Assembly (NCBI GenBank): GCA_964016885.1
Contig: OZ024753.1
Span: forward strand, 41,106,001-41,170,000
DNA from: Eledone cirrhosa
Lineage: Eukaryota
Reading direction: 5' to 3'
DNA length: 64,000 nt
Shown here: positions 14,508-28,202 of the stretch, one piece after another
Layout of the letters: each line of letters opens with the position of its first letter
Numbering within the stretch: the first letter of the stretch is position 1
Position numbers and translations under genes: made by a program
Notes under the pieces: generated by a model
The model's input: only the letters and a program-made list of their open reading frames with translations
Databases searched by the model: none
What the model was told of the DNA's origin: nothing

Positions 14508-14838
14508 TATACGATATTAATAAATGGAAACTATATTTATAAAACCATATTTATTTCATTGTACATATTTCAGGGATACCAAATTAAATTATGGTATGCC
14601 GTCATCAGACAAAATACAATATATAACAGTTTTACAAATAAGCTTTGACGTACCCAGATGGCTTCCAAAAATAATGGTTGCATTTTAAAAGGGTACGTCA
14701 AAGCTTATTTGTAAAACTGTTATATATTGTATTTTGTCTGATGAAGGCATACCATAATTTAATTTGGTATCCCTGAAATATGTATAATGAAATAAATATG
14801 GTTTTATAAATAGAGTTTCCATTTATTAATATCGTATA
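14508..14838. mobile_element. Fold-back cassette (family B)
   Basis: ~148-bp inverted arms 14508-14655 / 14691-14838, ~35-nt spacer. Confidence 0.8.
14730..14794 (+). ncRNA. Type-I minimal hammerhead ribozyme (family B)
   Basis: tattttgt-CTGATGA-agg c atacca..tggtat c cct-GAAA-tatgta-TA-atgaaata. Confidence 0.75.
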
Positions 14839-14994
14839 TATATATATATATGTGTGTGTGTCTTGACTTTTTTTGTATTGAGATTGAATTATTTTCCCAT
14901 ATCTTACGTTAAATATTTTCCATCTTGACGTAATAGTCACTTATATATTATGAATTACTGTTGGCTTCTTGCTCACATTAATTTCTCTATTTTC

Positions 14995-15038
<44 letters not shown>

Positions 15039-15113
15039 CATGAGAAGAAAGAAGAATACTGCGTGGTTGCACATAGGTTACATAGGATAAAAATAGTATA
15101 TATATATATATAT

Positions 15114-15253
<140 letters not shown>

Positions 15254-15269
15254 GTATACATATATATAC

Positions 15270-15301
<32 letters not shown>

Positions 15302-15514
15302 ATTATGTATGTATATATATCATATAGTTGCATCCATTTACGTTCTGAGTTCAATTCCTGCCGAAGCTAGCTTTGCATTTCATTCTTACGGGGTTGATAA
15401 ATAAAGAACCAGTAACACACCTTACACCACTATGTAATATCCCTTTACTTCCCAATACTTCTCAACTCTTATTACATGGAAATATAAACAAAATACACAA
15501 TATAAAATATAAAA

Positions 15515-15594
<80 letters not shown>

Positions 15595-15742
15595 GGGGGG
15601 GGGGGGGTAAGTTATAAGAAGGGGGAGATAAAGTAGGGGGCGTGTGTGTAGTCATTGATGCGTGGTTCTGGTGATAACAAGAGGACATGTTCACACGTGC
15701 CTCATTAAGACCCGAACCTAATGTGTGTGTGTATGTTTATGC

Positions 15743-15843
<101 letters not shown>

Positions 15844-15927
15844 TGTATGTATATATATCTATATATATATATATATATATATATATGCATATATATAATA
15901 TAATATACACATATATATATACATGCA

Positions 15928-15964
<37 letters not shown>

Positions 15965-16306
15965 ATATATATGTATATACATATATATACACATATATCC
16001 TTATCCGAACTTTACTGAAGAAGGACTCTTCTGTCCGAAATATTGAGACCTCCTCTTGGAAAGCTAAAATAGTATCTGTGAAAATGAACAGAAACTCCAT
16101 CGCCTCCATCACCTTAACTTTTATTTTTGATTAATGCCCACAATCAAAACCCGATATATTAACATTCTAACGACACAAAACATATTGTTTGATGCGGAAC
16201 ATTTATTTAGATGTCTTCTTAATCACAATGAATGCATGTTTGTGTGTTGTGTACGACTGTATATATGTGGTGTGTACTACTCTATATATATATGTGGTTT
16301 GTATGG

Positions 16307-16373
<67 letters not shown>

Positions 16374-16477
16374 TATGTAATTATGTATACTTCTTAGTAT
16401 GAGAGTAAATTTTCTCGTGTGTACTTACACACACGCGCGTGCATATATATTAATATATGTGTGTGTGTGTGTATGTA

Positions 16478-16539
<62 letters not shown>

Positions 16540-17109
16540 TATATTGTTGTAATAACCCTTGTGTTGTCGGTGTCGCTGTTGGAGTCATAATTTTAGGGGG
16601 TGATATTCTAAAAAAAAGGGGAAGTTTTCTTTCTCCTCACACTAAGCCTTACCCCTTTATTTATTCATCTAATCATCCATTCAACGTTAGCTATTTTATA
16701 TCTTTCATTGGGGCTTCCTTTGTGTCCCCTTTTGTCTCAGTTCAGAAGCGAACACCATGACGTCACCAAAGCAATGAACCTGAATTCAGATCGTTTCCAT
16801 TGCTGAGAACTTCCTGAAACCGAGGCGAATTATCTCCCCATTAGACACCTGCTTCCGGTTTGTGTGCAGTGCAGCACGCAGAAAAATAGAGACACACATC
16901 CATTAAGTTTGCGGAAAAGAAAAAGAAAAAGGAAAAAAGGAAATAAAGGAATGGAATGGAAGAATAAAGAGAAGGGGAGAGGGAGGGGGGGGAAGATGCA
17001 GAGAGAGTTGTTGAGAGGAGGAAGGGGAGAAGTGGTAGTAAGGATGATGAGAGGGGGAGTGGGAGAGAAGAGGGGGGAGAGGAGGGAGAGAGGAGTAAGA
17101 GTGTGGGGT

Positions 17110-17697
17110 GCGATGATGGTGGTGGTGGTGGTGGTGGTGGTGATGGTGATAGTGGTGGCGGTGGTGGTGGTGTAAGGTGTGGTGGTGGTGTAGGGTGTGA
17201 ATATGATGGTGGTGTAGGGTGGTGATGGTGATGGTGGTGGTGATGTTAGTGGTGTAGGTGTAGTGTTGGTGGTGGTGGTGATAGTGGTGTTGGTGGTGGT
17301 GGTGATAGTGTTGGTGATGGTGGTGGGGTAGGGTGTGGTGATAGTGGTGGTGGTGATAGTGTTGGTGATGGTGGTGGGGTAGGGTGTGGTGATGGTGGTG
17401 GTGGTGGTGGTGGTTGTGGTGGTTGTGGTGGTTGTGGTGGTGGTGGTGTTGGTGGTGGTGGTGTTGGTGGTGGTGTAAGGTACGGTAATGATAGTGTTGG
17501 TGGTGGTGGTGGTGATGGTAGTGGTGAAGGGTGTAGTGGTGGTGGTGGTGGTGGTGGTGATAGCGTTGGTGGTGGTGGTGGGGTAGGGTGTGGTGATGGT
17601 GATGGTGGTGGTGGTGATGGTGGTGGTGGTGAAAGTGTCGGTGATGGTGGTGGTGGTGGTGGGGTAGCGTGTGGTGATGGTGGTAGTGGTGGTGATG
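17110..17697. repeat. Degenerate (GGT)n array
   Basis: Seen directly. Confidence 0.9.
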
Positions 17698-17905
17698 CAG
17701 ATGAAACAATTGTAATCACCGTAACAGTAACAACAACAACAAAATGATATTGCAGAATCATTATGGTAATAATATAAGAGATACAAAATAATGAATATAG
17801 TGTGTAGAATCGACGTATATATATACACATATATTACATATATATACATACACACATACATACATGTATACTCACATACATACATATATATACATAAATA
17901 AATAA

Positions 17906-18004
<99 letters not shown>

Positions 18005-18078
18005 CATACTTATATATATAATACATACATATATATATATATTTATATATATATATATACATATGTATATATATATAT

Positions 18079-18169
<91 letters not shown>

Positions 18170-18235
18170 TATATATGTATATATATATATATACATATAT
18201 GCACATATATATACCTACATACATATATATACATA

Positions 18236-18297
<62 letters not shown>

Positions 18298-18630
18298 CAA
18301 AGATGCATACATACACGCATACATAAATACATACATACATATATTCATACATATATACATTCATACTTACACACATACATGCATACATACATACACACAT
18401 ACACACATACATACACACATACATACATACATACATACATACATACATACATACATACATACATACATACATACATACATAGTGAGAAACACATGCACTC
18501 ACACCGGAAGCTAAAGTAGAGCGGGTCACGGCCATTATGCGCAGCACACAATGCACTTCCGGTTCCGTGCTGTCAATGCAGTCTTAACATAAGAGACAAA
18601 GACAAAGGCCTTTTAATGTGGAATAGCTGA

Positions 18631-19372
18631 GTGGTTGGGTGGTTGGGTGGGTGGTTGGGTGGTTGGGTGGTTGGGTGGTTGGGTGGTTGGGTGGTTGGTT
18701 GGTTGGATGGTTGGGTGGTTGGTTGGTTGGTTGGTTGGTTGGTTGGTTGGTTGGTTGGTTGGTTGGTTGGTTGGTTGGTTGGTTGGTTGGTTGGTTGGTT
18801 GGGTGGTTGGGTGGTTGGATGGTTGGGTGGTTGGTTGGTTGGTTGGTTGGTTGGTTGGTTGGTTGGTTGGTTGGTTGGTTGGTTGGTTGGTTGGGTGGTT
18901 GGTTGGTTGGTTGGGTGGTTGGGTGGTTGGGTGGTTGGTTGGTTGGATGGCTGGTTGGTTGGCTGGGGGGGTTGGATGGTTGGGTGGTTGGTTGGGTGGT
19001 TGGTTGGATGGTTGGTTGGTTGGCTGGAGGGGTTGGGGGGGGGGTTGGATGGTTGGTTGGTTGGCTGGGGGGGTTGGATGGTTGGGTGGTTGGTTGGGTG
19101 GTTGGTTGGTTGGTTGGTTGGGGGGTTGGATGGTTGGTTGGTTGGCTGGGGGGGGGGGGGGTTGATTGGGTGGTTGGTTGGTTGGATGGTTGATTGGCTG
19201 GGGGGGATGGTTGGGTGGTTGGTTGGGTGGTTGGTTGGCTGGGTGGTTGGACGTTTGAATGGTTGGTTGGTTGGCTGTGTGGTTGCTTGGTTGGTTGGGT
19301 TGTTGGTTGGGTGATTGGTTGGTTGGTTGGGGTGGGGTGTCGGGGCGTGGATGGTTGGGTGGTAGGGTGGTT
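18631..19372. repeat. (GGTT)n/(GGGTGGTT)n array
   Basis: Seen directly. Confidence 0.9.
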
Positions 19373-19404
19373 GAAAAATAAACCTCATTTGGTCATTCAA
19401 TTAA

Positions 19405-19549
19405 CCTTTTAGCCTATATCATTTCAGCCTATAAACTTTTTAGCCTATATCTCTTCAGCCTATGAACTTTTTAGCCTATATCTCTTCAGCCTATGAACTT
19501 TTTAGCCTATATCTCTTCAGCCTATGAACTTTTCAGCCGACCCTCGTAT
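19405..19549. repeat. 31-bp tandem repeat (~4 units) ending in a mariner-like terminal sequence
   Basis: Unit ttttagcctatatctcttcagcctatgaact, ending tttcagccgaccctcgta; matches the end of the element at 62302-62506. Confidence 0.7.
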
Positions 19550-20157
19550 ATTAAAATGCACACCAAACACGTGACCCTCTGTATGTACCAGGGTACGACA
19601 CACAAAACACGGCTCAACCAATTTCTCAAAAAAAACTAAAGAAATAAAGAAGAACCTATCAGAACTTATTTAAATTGCTTAAATCAATCTAAGTGGTTGA
19701 AAGGGTCGATATATAAATCCAATATTGATGAACTATTAAACGCAGAAGCTGGGAGTTTAACCCTACGATGGACTGGTGTCTTGTCCAGGAAGGGGGAAAT
19801 CTACTCTCAGTCGCTTAACGCCAAATAAACTGGGATAAACACCAGCCTGGTGGGTGACCAGGCTCGAGACAGACAACAGATTGTTAGACTAAATATAGAT
19901 CTGTGTGAAACACAAGCACATTATTGCTAGGGGAAATAACTCTTCACAAGACAAGGGACAGAAATGCCGTTTTATAATGTATGTAGTTATTTCCCTTGAA
20001 AATAATGTATTATATGAGAAGCTAGCTTTGCCTGTTATCATTACGGGGTCGGTAAATAAAGTACCAGTCACGCGCACTGAGATCGATTTCATCGACTTTA
20101 CCCTCCTCCCAAATTGCTGGCTTTGTGCCTATATAAGAAACCATTATTACGGGTACA

Positions 20158-23100
20158 ATAAATAAAGCACCAGCCACACACTGTATAAATAAAGCACCAG
20201 TCACACACTGTATAAATAAAGTATCAGTCACACACTGTATAAATAAAGCACCAGCCACACACTGTATAAATAAAGCACCAGTCACACACTGTATAAATAA
20301 AATACCAGTCACACACTGTATAAATAAAGTACCAGTCACACACTGTATAAATAAAGCACCAGTCACACACTGTATAAATAAAGTACTAGTCACACACTGT
20401 ATAAATAAAGCACCAGCCACACACTGTATAAATAAAGCACCAGTCACACACTGTATAAATAAAGTACTAGTCACACACTGTATAAATAAAGTACTAGTCA
20501 CACACTGTATAAATAAAGCACCAGCCACACACTGTATAAATAAAGTACTAGTCACACACTGTATAAATAAAGTACCAGTCACACACTGTATAAATAAAGC
20601 ACCAGTCACACACTGTATAAATAAAGTATCAGTCACACACTGTATAAATAAAGTACCAGTCACACACTGTATAAATAAAATACCAGTCACACACTGTATA
20701 AATAAAGCACCAGTCACACTGTATAAATAAAGCACCGGTCACACACTGTATAAATAAAGTACCAGTCACACACTGTATAAATAAAGCACCAGCCACACAC
20801 TGTATAAATAAAGCACCAGTCACACACTGTATAAATAAAGTACTAGTCACACACTGTATAAATAAAGCACCAGCCACACACTGTATAAATAAAGTACTAG
20901 TCACACACTGTATAAATAAAGTACCAGTCACACACTGTATAAATAAAGTACTAGTCACACACTGTATAAATAAAGCACCAGCCACACACTGTATAAATAA
21001 AGTACTAGTCACACACTGTATAAATAAAATACCAGTCACACACTGTATAAATAAAGTATCAGTCACACACTGTATAAATAAAGCACCAGCCACACACTGT
21101 ATAAATAAAGCACCAGTCACACACTGTATAAATAAAGTACTAGTCACACACTGTATAAATAAAGCACCAGCCACACACTGTATAAATAAAGTACTAGTCA
21201 CACACTGTATAAATAAAGTACCAGTCACACACTGTATAAATAAAGTACTAGTCACACACTGTATAAATAAAATACCAGTCACACACTGTATAAATAAAAT
21301 ACCAGTCACACACTGTATAAATAAAGTACCAGTCACACACTGTATAAATAAAGTACTAGTCACACACTGTATAAATAAAGCACCAGCCACACACTGTATC
21401 AATAAAGTACTAGTCACACACTGTATAAATAAAATACCAGTCACACACTGTATAAATAAAGTACCAGTCACACACTGTATAAATAAAGTACTAGTCACAC
21501 ACTGTATAAATAAAGCACCAGCCACACACTGTATAAATAAAGCACCAGTCACACACTGTATAAATAAAGTACTAGTCACACACTGTATAAATAAAGCACC
21601 AGCCACACACTGTATAAATAAAGCACCAGTCACACACTGTATAAATAAAGTATCAGTCACACACTGTATAAATAAAGTACCAGTCACACACTGTATAAAT
21701 AAAGCACCAGTCACACACTGTATAAATAAAGCACCAGCCACACACTGTATAAATAAAGTACTAGTCACACACTGTATAAATAAAGTACCAGTCACACACT
21801 GTATAAATAAAGCACCAGTCACACACTGTATAAATAAAGCACGTCACACACTGTATAAATAAAGTACTAGTCACACACTGTATAAATAAAGTACCAGTCA
21901 CACACTGTATAAATAAAGCACCAGTCACACACTGTATAAATAAAGCACCAGTCACACACTGTATAAATAAAGCACCAGTCACACTGTATAAATAAAGTAC
22001 CAGTCACACACTGTATAAATAAAGCACCAGTCACACACTGTATAAATAAAATACCAGTCACACACTGTATAAATAAAGCACCAGTCACACACTGTATAAA
22101 TAAAATACCAGTCACACACTGTATAAATAAAGCACCAGTCACACACTGTATAAATAAAACACCAGTCACACACTGTATAAATAAAGCACCAGTCACACAC
22201 TGTATAAATAAAACACCAGTCACACACTGTATAAATAAAGCACCAGTCACACACTGTATAAATAAAGCACCAGTCACACACTGTATAAATAAAGCACCAG
22301 TCACACACTGTATAAATAAAGCACCAGTCACACACTGTATAAATAAAACACCAGTCACACACTGTATAAATAAAACACCAGTCACACACTGTATAAATAA
22401 AGTACCAGTCACACACTGTATAAATAAAGCACCAGTCACACACTGTATAAATAAAGCACCAGTCACACACTGTATAAATAAAGTACCAGTCACACACTGT
22501 ATAAATAAAGTACCAGTCACACACTGTATAAATAAAGCACCAGCCATACACTGTATAAATAAAGCACCAGTCACACACTGTATAAATAAAGCACCAGTCA
22601 CACTCTATAAATAAAGCCCCAATCGCACTGTATAAGTAAAGTACCAGTCACACACTGTATAAATAAAGCACCAGTCACACACTGTATAAATAAAGCACCA
22701 GTCACACTGTATAAATAAAGTACCAGTCACACACTGTATAAATAAAGCACCAGTCACACACTGTATAAATAAAGCACCAGTCACACACTGTATAAATAAA
22801 GCACCAGTCACACACTGCATAAATAAAGCACCAGTCACACTGTATAAATAAAGCACCAGTCACACACTGTATAAATAAAGTACCAGTCACACACTGTATA
22901 AATAAAGCACCAGTCACACACTGTATAAATAAAGCACCAGTCACACTGTATAAATAAAGCACCAGTCACACACTGTATAAATAAAGCACCAGTCACACTG
23001 TATAAATAAAGCACCAGTCACACACTGTATAAATAAAGCACCAGTCACACACTGTATAAATAAAGCACCAGTCACACTGTATAAATAAAGCACCAGTCAC

Positions 23101-23230
23101 ACACTGTATAAATAAAGCACCAGTCACACACTGTATAAATAAAGTACCAGTCACACACTGTATAAATAAAGCACCAGTCACACACTGTATAAATAAAGCA
23201 CCAGTCACACACTGTATAAATAAAGCCCAG
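20158..23230. repeat. 27-bp minisatellite, ~3.07 kb (~110-115 units)
   Basis: Unit ataaataaagYaccagtcacacactgt; source of the GALFIQCVT ORFs. Confidence 0.97.
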
Positions 23231-23539
23231 TATGCACTGGGATCGATTTAATCGACTTTACCCTTTTCCCAAATTGCTGGCTTTGTGCCTATATAAGAAA
23301 CAATTGTTTACATAATCCTGAGTTCAAATCCCTCCAAGGTTAGCTTTGCCTTTCATTTTTACGGGGTCGATAAAATAAGTTACAGTAATGTACTGAGGTC
23401 GATTTAATCGACATTCCCCGACCTTTAAATTGTTGGCCCTGTGCCTATAGTAGAAACAATTATGTTTGATAACGAATGAAAGATGTTTTTACTTCAAGTC
23501 TTTTATTATTCATTCTTAAATAATACCAAATGCTGTTTA

Positions 23540-23668
23540 TTATGAATACTTCATTAATTTTTCGGGTGCTAGTTCTGGTATTTTAGGTAATAAAGTAATC
23601 ACACGTGGACCATATTTGTCGTTTTCAAACATAAATATATATCCCTGAGTTTCCTCTGCATTTCGTCT
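23540..23668 (-). CDS. Candidate terminal exon of an unidentified gene (RRNAEETQGYIFMFENDKYGPRVITLLPKIPELAPEKLMKYS*)
   Basis: Strong acceptor tttatttcag, phase 0, stop overlapping AATAAA. Confidence 0.5.
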   Translation of the reverse strand, partial: RRNAEETQGYIFMFENDKYGPRVITLLPKIPELAPEKLMKYS

Positions 23669-23742
23669 CTGAAATAAAACCAAGTGAAAACAGTTGTTTC
23701 TTGTGTGTTGTTTGGGTACAGTTGTTGTTATTGCTGTTGTCA

Positions 23743-23930
23743 GGGCGGTGGATTGGCAGTATCGGTAGAGGGTCGGACGCCATGCTTTGCAGCATGGAGT
23801 TACGGGCCTTTACGATCTGAGTTCAAATCCCGCCGAGGTTAACTTTGTTTTTCATCCTTACAGGGTCAATAAAATAAAGTACCAGTAATGTACTGGGGTA
23901 ATTGCTGGCCTTGTGCCAAAAGTAGAAACA
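23743..23930 (+). mobile_element. Full-length tRNA-derived SINE (main family; >12 copies or fragments in the window)
   Basis: A-box-like tggcagtatcgg, B-box gagttcaaatcc, central ..tttcatccttac.gggtc.ataaaataaagtaccag, tail gccttgtgccaaaagtagaaac. Other copies at ~4377, 7790, 9175, 20020, 23320, 33855, 38640, 42048, 43140, 49062, 49440, 50255, 61830. Confidence 0.85.
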
Positions 23931-24194
23931 TTTATTGTTGTTGCCAGTATCGGAGAGTAGAATATTGTGCAACATGCTTGCGGCATATGGTTATGGCCCT
24001 TTACGTTCTAAGTTCAAATCCCGCCCAAATTAGCTATGACTTTCACTCTCAAGGGATCGATAAAATAAATCACCAGTAACCGATTTACTCAACTTTCCCC
24101 ACTCACTTTCAATTCATGGTGACATTCCTTGGAATTGAGATGCAACCATCACGTATATATATATATGTGTGTGCGCGCGCATGTGTGTGTGTGT

Positions 24195-24276
<82 letters not shown>

Positions 24277-25350
24277 GTGTATGTGTATGTATATATATAT
24301 ATGTTTCTCTTTCTCTTAATTTCGATTACATTTTTTGACCGGCCACCTTCCTGGTGGCAATGTTGTAAAAGAAAAGAAATTGTCATCTCTTGAATTGCAA
24401 GAATATTTTGCATATTTTGAAGGTGCCAGCTATGTATGTATCTATGTATTATGTATGTATTATGTATGTACGTGTATATATGTGTATATATGTGTATGTA
24501 TGTATATATGTATGTATGTATGTATGTTGGTGCTACTGGTAACATGTATCCCAGCACAACCTGTCTCATTGTCGGGTCTTTGGCGACTAAACTGGCAACC
24601 CCACCAAGGTTTCTTTGTGAGGAGGGTGACTTTGGACATCCTGCAAGACTAAAAACAAAACCTCTCAAAGGGCAAAGGAGCTCTTAAGAGTCAATGGCCA
24701 TCCAAAATCACCGGGAGAGATGACCTCTTAGCCTTTGTCAAGGCAGAATTCTAGGAGAAGGAAAACTCTGATATAACACCTGCAACTCTGATGGTATCCA
24801 ATGATGTTGACTTGTTCTTCTTTTTGGTAAATATCATCTTGGTTAAGAGAGTGGGACTGGCTTTGCGCAGTGCCTTTGCTCACCATAAAAGCTTCACGGC
24901 ACAGGCATTGCTTTATATCTGGAGATCTCTCTGCACTTGTCATCACATGGTACCATGGGCCCAGCACTATGTGTCAATAATTGTCACAAGTGTAGTGTTT
25001 GTACTAGAGTTTTCAAGTCGCTGGCTCAACTAAAAAGTCACACTCGTTCAGCGCATCGGTAGGGGTTCTCCTACATGGATATAAAGTGGTGGCCGTACTC
25101 GTAAACGAGTTGGCAGCCACCATATATGTATCTGTATGTATATATATATATGTTTCTCTTACTCTTAATTTAGATTACATTTTTGACCAGCCACCTTCCT
25201 GGTGGCAAGTTTGTAAAAGAAAAGAAATTGTCATCTCTTGAATTGCAAGACTGTTTTGCATATTTTCAAGGTGCCAGCTATGTATGTATGTATGTATGTA
25301 TGTATCTATGTATTATGTATGTATTATGTATGTGTATGTATTTATATATG

Positions 25351-25381
<31 letters not shown>

Positions 25382-25796
25382 GTATGTATGTATGTATATA
25401 TGTGTGTATGTATGTATATATGTATGTATGTGTATGTATTTATATATGTATGTATATATGTATGTATCTATGTATTATGTATGTATTATGTATGTATGTG
25501 TATATATGTGTATGTATATATATATGTATGTGTGTATATATGTATATATGTATGTATGTGTATGTATTTATATATGTATGTATATATGGATGTATGTGTG
25601 TATGTATGTATATATGTATGTATGTATATGTATTTATATATGTATGTATATATGTATGTATGTATGTGTATGTATTTATATATATATGTATATATGTATG
25701 TATGTATGTGTATGTATTTATATATGTATATATGTATGTGTATGTATTTATATATGTATGTATATATGTATGTATGTATGTATGTATGTGTGTATG

Positions 25797-25830
<34 letters not shown>

Positions 25831-26270
25831 TGTATGTATGTGTATGTATGTATGCATGTATGTATGTATATATGTATGTATTTCTGTATTGCTTCCAATC
25901 TCGTCCAATCCTAATGATTACTCTAGGGTCTCGAATAATCATCCCACCGACCCCCACTCTACCTTAATTTTTCAGATTTGTTCCACCCCCACCCCCCACT
26001 CATATCCACCCCACCCCCATCCCACCGCTTTTCAAATTTTGCTAATCTACTTCCGGCGACAATTAATTTTCTTTATATATTTTTTAAAAAAAGCATTATA
26101 CATGACAAACAAGTATATTACAAGAAATACCATAGGTTATAAAATAGATAGGATGGATTAAGGTTTCAATATGTAAATTAAGACTAATTCTGTTTTGTTT
26201 TGTTTGTTAAATCAAGGGAGATAACCAAGAAACATTACCGAAAGTACATAACATTCTACACGTAACTTAC

Positions 26271-26395
26271 GTTCATTGACTTCCTTCTTCTATCACTTAG
26301 TGTGTAAGGTTCTACAAAGAGAATTTCTTCGTTATGGACTTCCTGAACAAACTGCTTTAAGAATTCGGCATCCGATAGAACGAAGATAGGATCGT
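26271..26395 (-). CDS. Candidate internal exon of the unidentified gene (DPIFVLSDAEFLKQFVQEVHNEEILFVEPYTLSDRRRKSMN)
   Basis: ctaacag acceptor, gtaagt donor, phase 1 to 0, open frame. Confidence 0.55.
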
Positions 26396-26482
26396 CTGTT
26401 AGTGACATGAAGAACATGAATAAAGTGACCATAAATGACCATAAAACATAAATGGATATAGGAAAGACATGGGTAAATAAAC

Positions 26483-26547
<65 letters not shown>

Positions 26548-26672
26548 TGTTTCTTTATTAGCCACAAGGGCGCAACAAGAAAAGGGTACAATACAAAGAC
26601 ATGCCGGGGATTTTACATACAGTCGTGTAAAAAATATAAAAACAAACAATTTCAACAATCGAAATCCCCATT

Positions 26673-26732
<60 letters not shown>

Positions 26733-26790
26733 TGTTTCTTTATTAGTCACAGGGGCACAAAAGAAGGGGACAAATACAAAGGGGGAAGTT

Positions 26791-26840
<50 letters not shown>

Positions 26841-26868
26841 TAAATATAGATATAGATAGAGATATAGG

Positions 26869-27033
26869 TATATGCTATTTTCTAAAATGTACAGTGACTG
26901 ATCGGCCTGATTTGCATATTAGCAGACTGGCTGATCAGTCAGATCTGCATATGAGCAAATCCACTGATCAGCCAGTCTGCTAATATGCAGATCAGGCCGA
27001 TCACTCACTGTATATTTTAGAAAATAGCATATA
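26869..27033. repeat. ~70-bp-arm hairpin immediately upstream of a hammerhead
   Basis: tatatgctattttctaaaat...gctgatcagt / actgatcagc...attttagaaaatagcatata. Confidence 0.85.
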
Positions 27034-27051
27034 TTTTCACTAGCTCTGGCA

Positions 27052-27133
27052 GTTGGCAGGTGAACAGTGAGCTGTACTGATGAAGGGTAATACCCAGAAA
27101 CATTAGTGTCTACAGTTCTGTTTACATGCCAAC
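27052..27133 (+). ncRNA. Canonical type-I hammerhead ribozyme with long stem I
   Basis: gttggca.gtgaacag.tg.agctgta-CTGATGA-a gggt aat accc a-GAAA-ca ttag tg-TC-tacagtt.ctgtttac.a.tgccaac; predicted cut after C27110. Confidence 0.88.
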
Positions 27134-27310
27134 ACAAGAGCAACAATGAAGAGTTCATTCTACTGACATGGCTATAAAAATGAGGCTTGTTTGCATAATG
27201 GCAAACGAATCGAACGAAAAACTCAGATTACATTTATATACACATATATATATATATATATGTACACACACACACATATATATATATATGTATCTATATA
27301 TATATATGTC

Positions 27311-27345
<35 letters not shown>

Positions 27346-27367
27346 ATATGTACACACACGCACACAC

Positions 27368-27459
<92 letters not shown>

Positions 27460-27510
27460 CATACATACATGTATATATATATACATATATGTGTGTGTGT
27501 GTGTGTGTTA

Positions 27511-27591
<81 letters not shown>

Positions 27592-27618
27592 TATATATAT
27601 ATATATATATATATGTAC

Positions 27619-27654
<36 letters not shown>

Positions 27655-27691
27655 GTATATAAATATAACCAAACATTCAGTATACACTTAC

Positions 27692-27763
27692 ATGGTACTG
27701 CTTCCTTTTCAACAATCTTCTCTCCCTTTCCACGTTTCCCTTGAATAGAGTAACCAGAGCGAC
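27692..27763 (-). CDS. Candidate internal exon of the unidentified gene (RSGYSIQGKRGKGEKIVEKEAVP)
   Basis: ag acceptor, gtaagt donor, phase 1 to 1, joins 26395 in frame. Confidence 0.55.
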
Positions 27764-28202
27764 CTTAAATTATATCAGATTATGTTAATTGGTTGTCAAA
27801 AATCAACTATATTTCCTCCATGTTGAACATATTCGTGGTTCAATTAATTTTGATTTCAGAGTTGTTTCCCTTGTTATTTTTGACAAAATTTAACATTACA
27901 GCATTACAGCTATTTTATATATATACTAGCAGAATGGCCCAGCGTTGCTCGGGATTTGCTCTAGGGTTCTTATATATTTGATATATATTTATCCTTATCG
28001 AGCCTCGTGAAATAAATATGTTTGTTTATATTTTGTTATTGTGTATTACCGTGATACCTGTTGACGAGACGTGAGTATACGACACAAGAATCACCCTGTC
28101 TCTAAAATTCATCCATCACAGTGGAGACATTCAACATTGCCAAGGTTAAAAAATACGTAAGGTGCGTTGCAAAATCAAGGTTACGCTCACTATTGTCTAA
28201 TT

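Noticed and set aside
18631-19372. Telomeric repeat or GLVW protein
   Set aside because: Unit is GGTT/GGGTGGTT, not TTAGGG; simple repeat, although G4-prone
20158-23230. CRISPR-like array or GALFIQCVT repeat protein
   Set aside because: No unique spacers, eukaryotic context, frameshifting 25-bp units, and the unit matches the SINE core
23743-23835. tRNA gene
   Set aside because: A/B boxes continue into a SINE body that is repeated many times; no cloverleaf
27692-27763. Neuropeptide precursor call from the GKR/RR sites in the candidate gene
   Set aside because: No signal peptide found and no repeated peptide units; basic sites alone are insufficient
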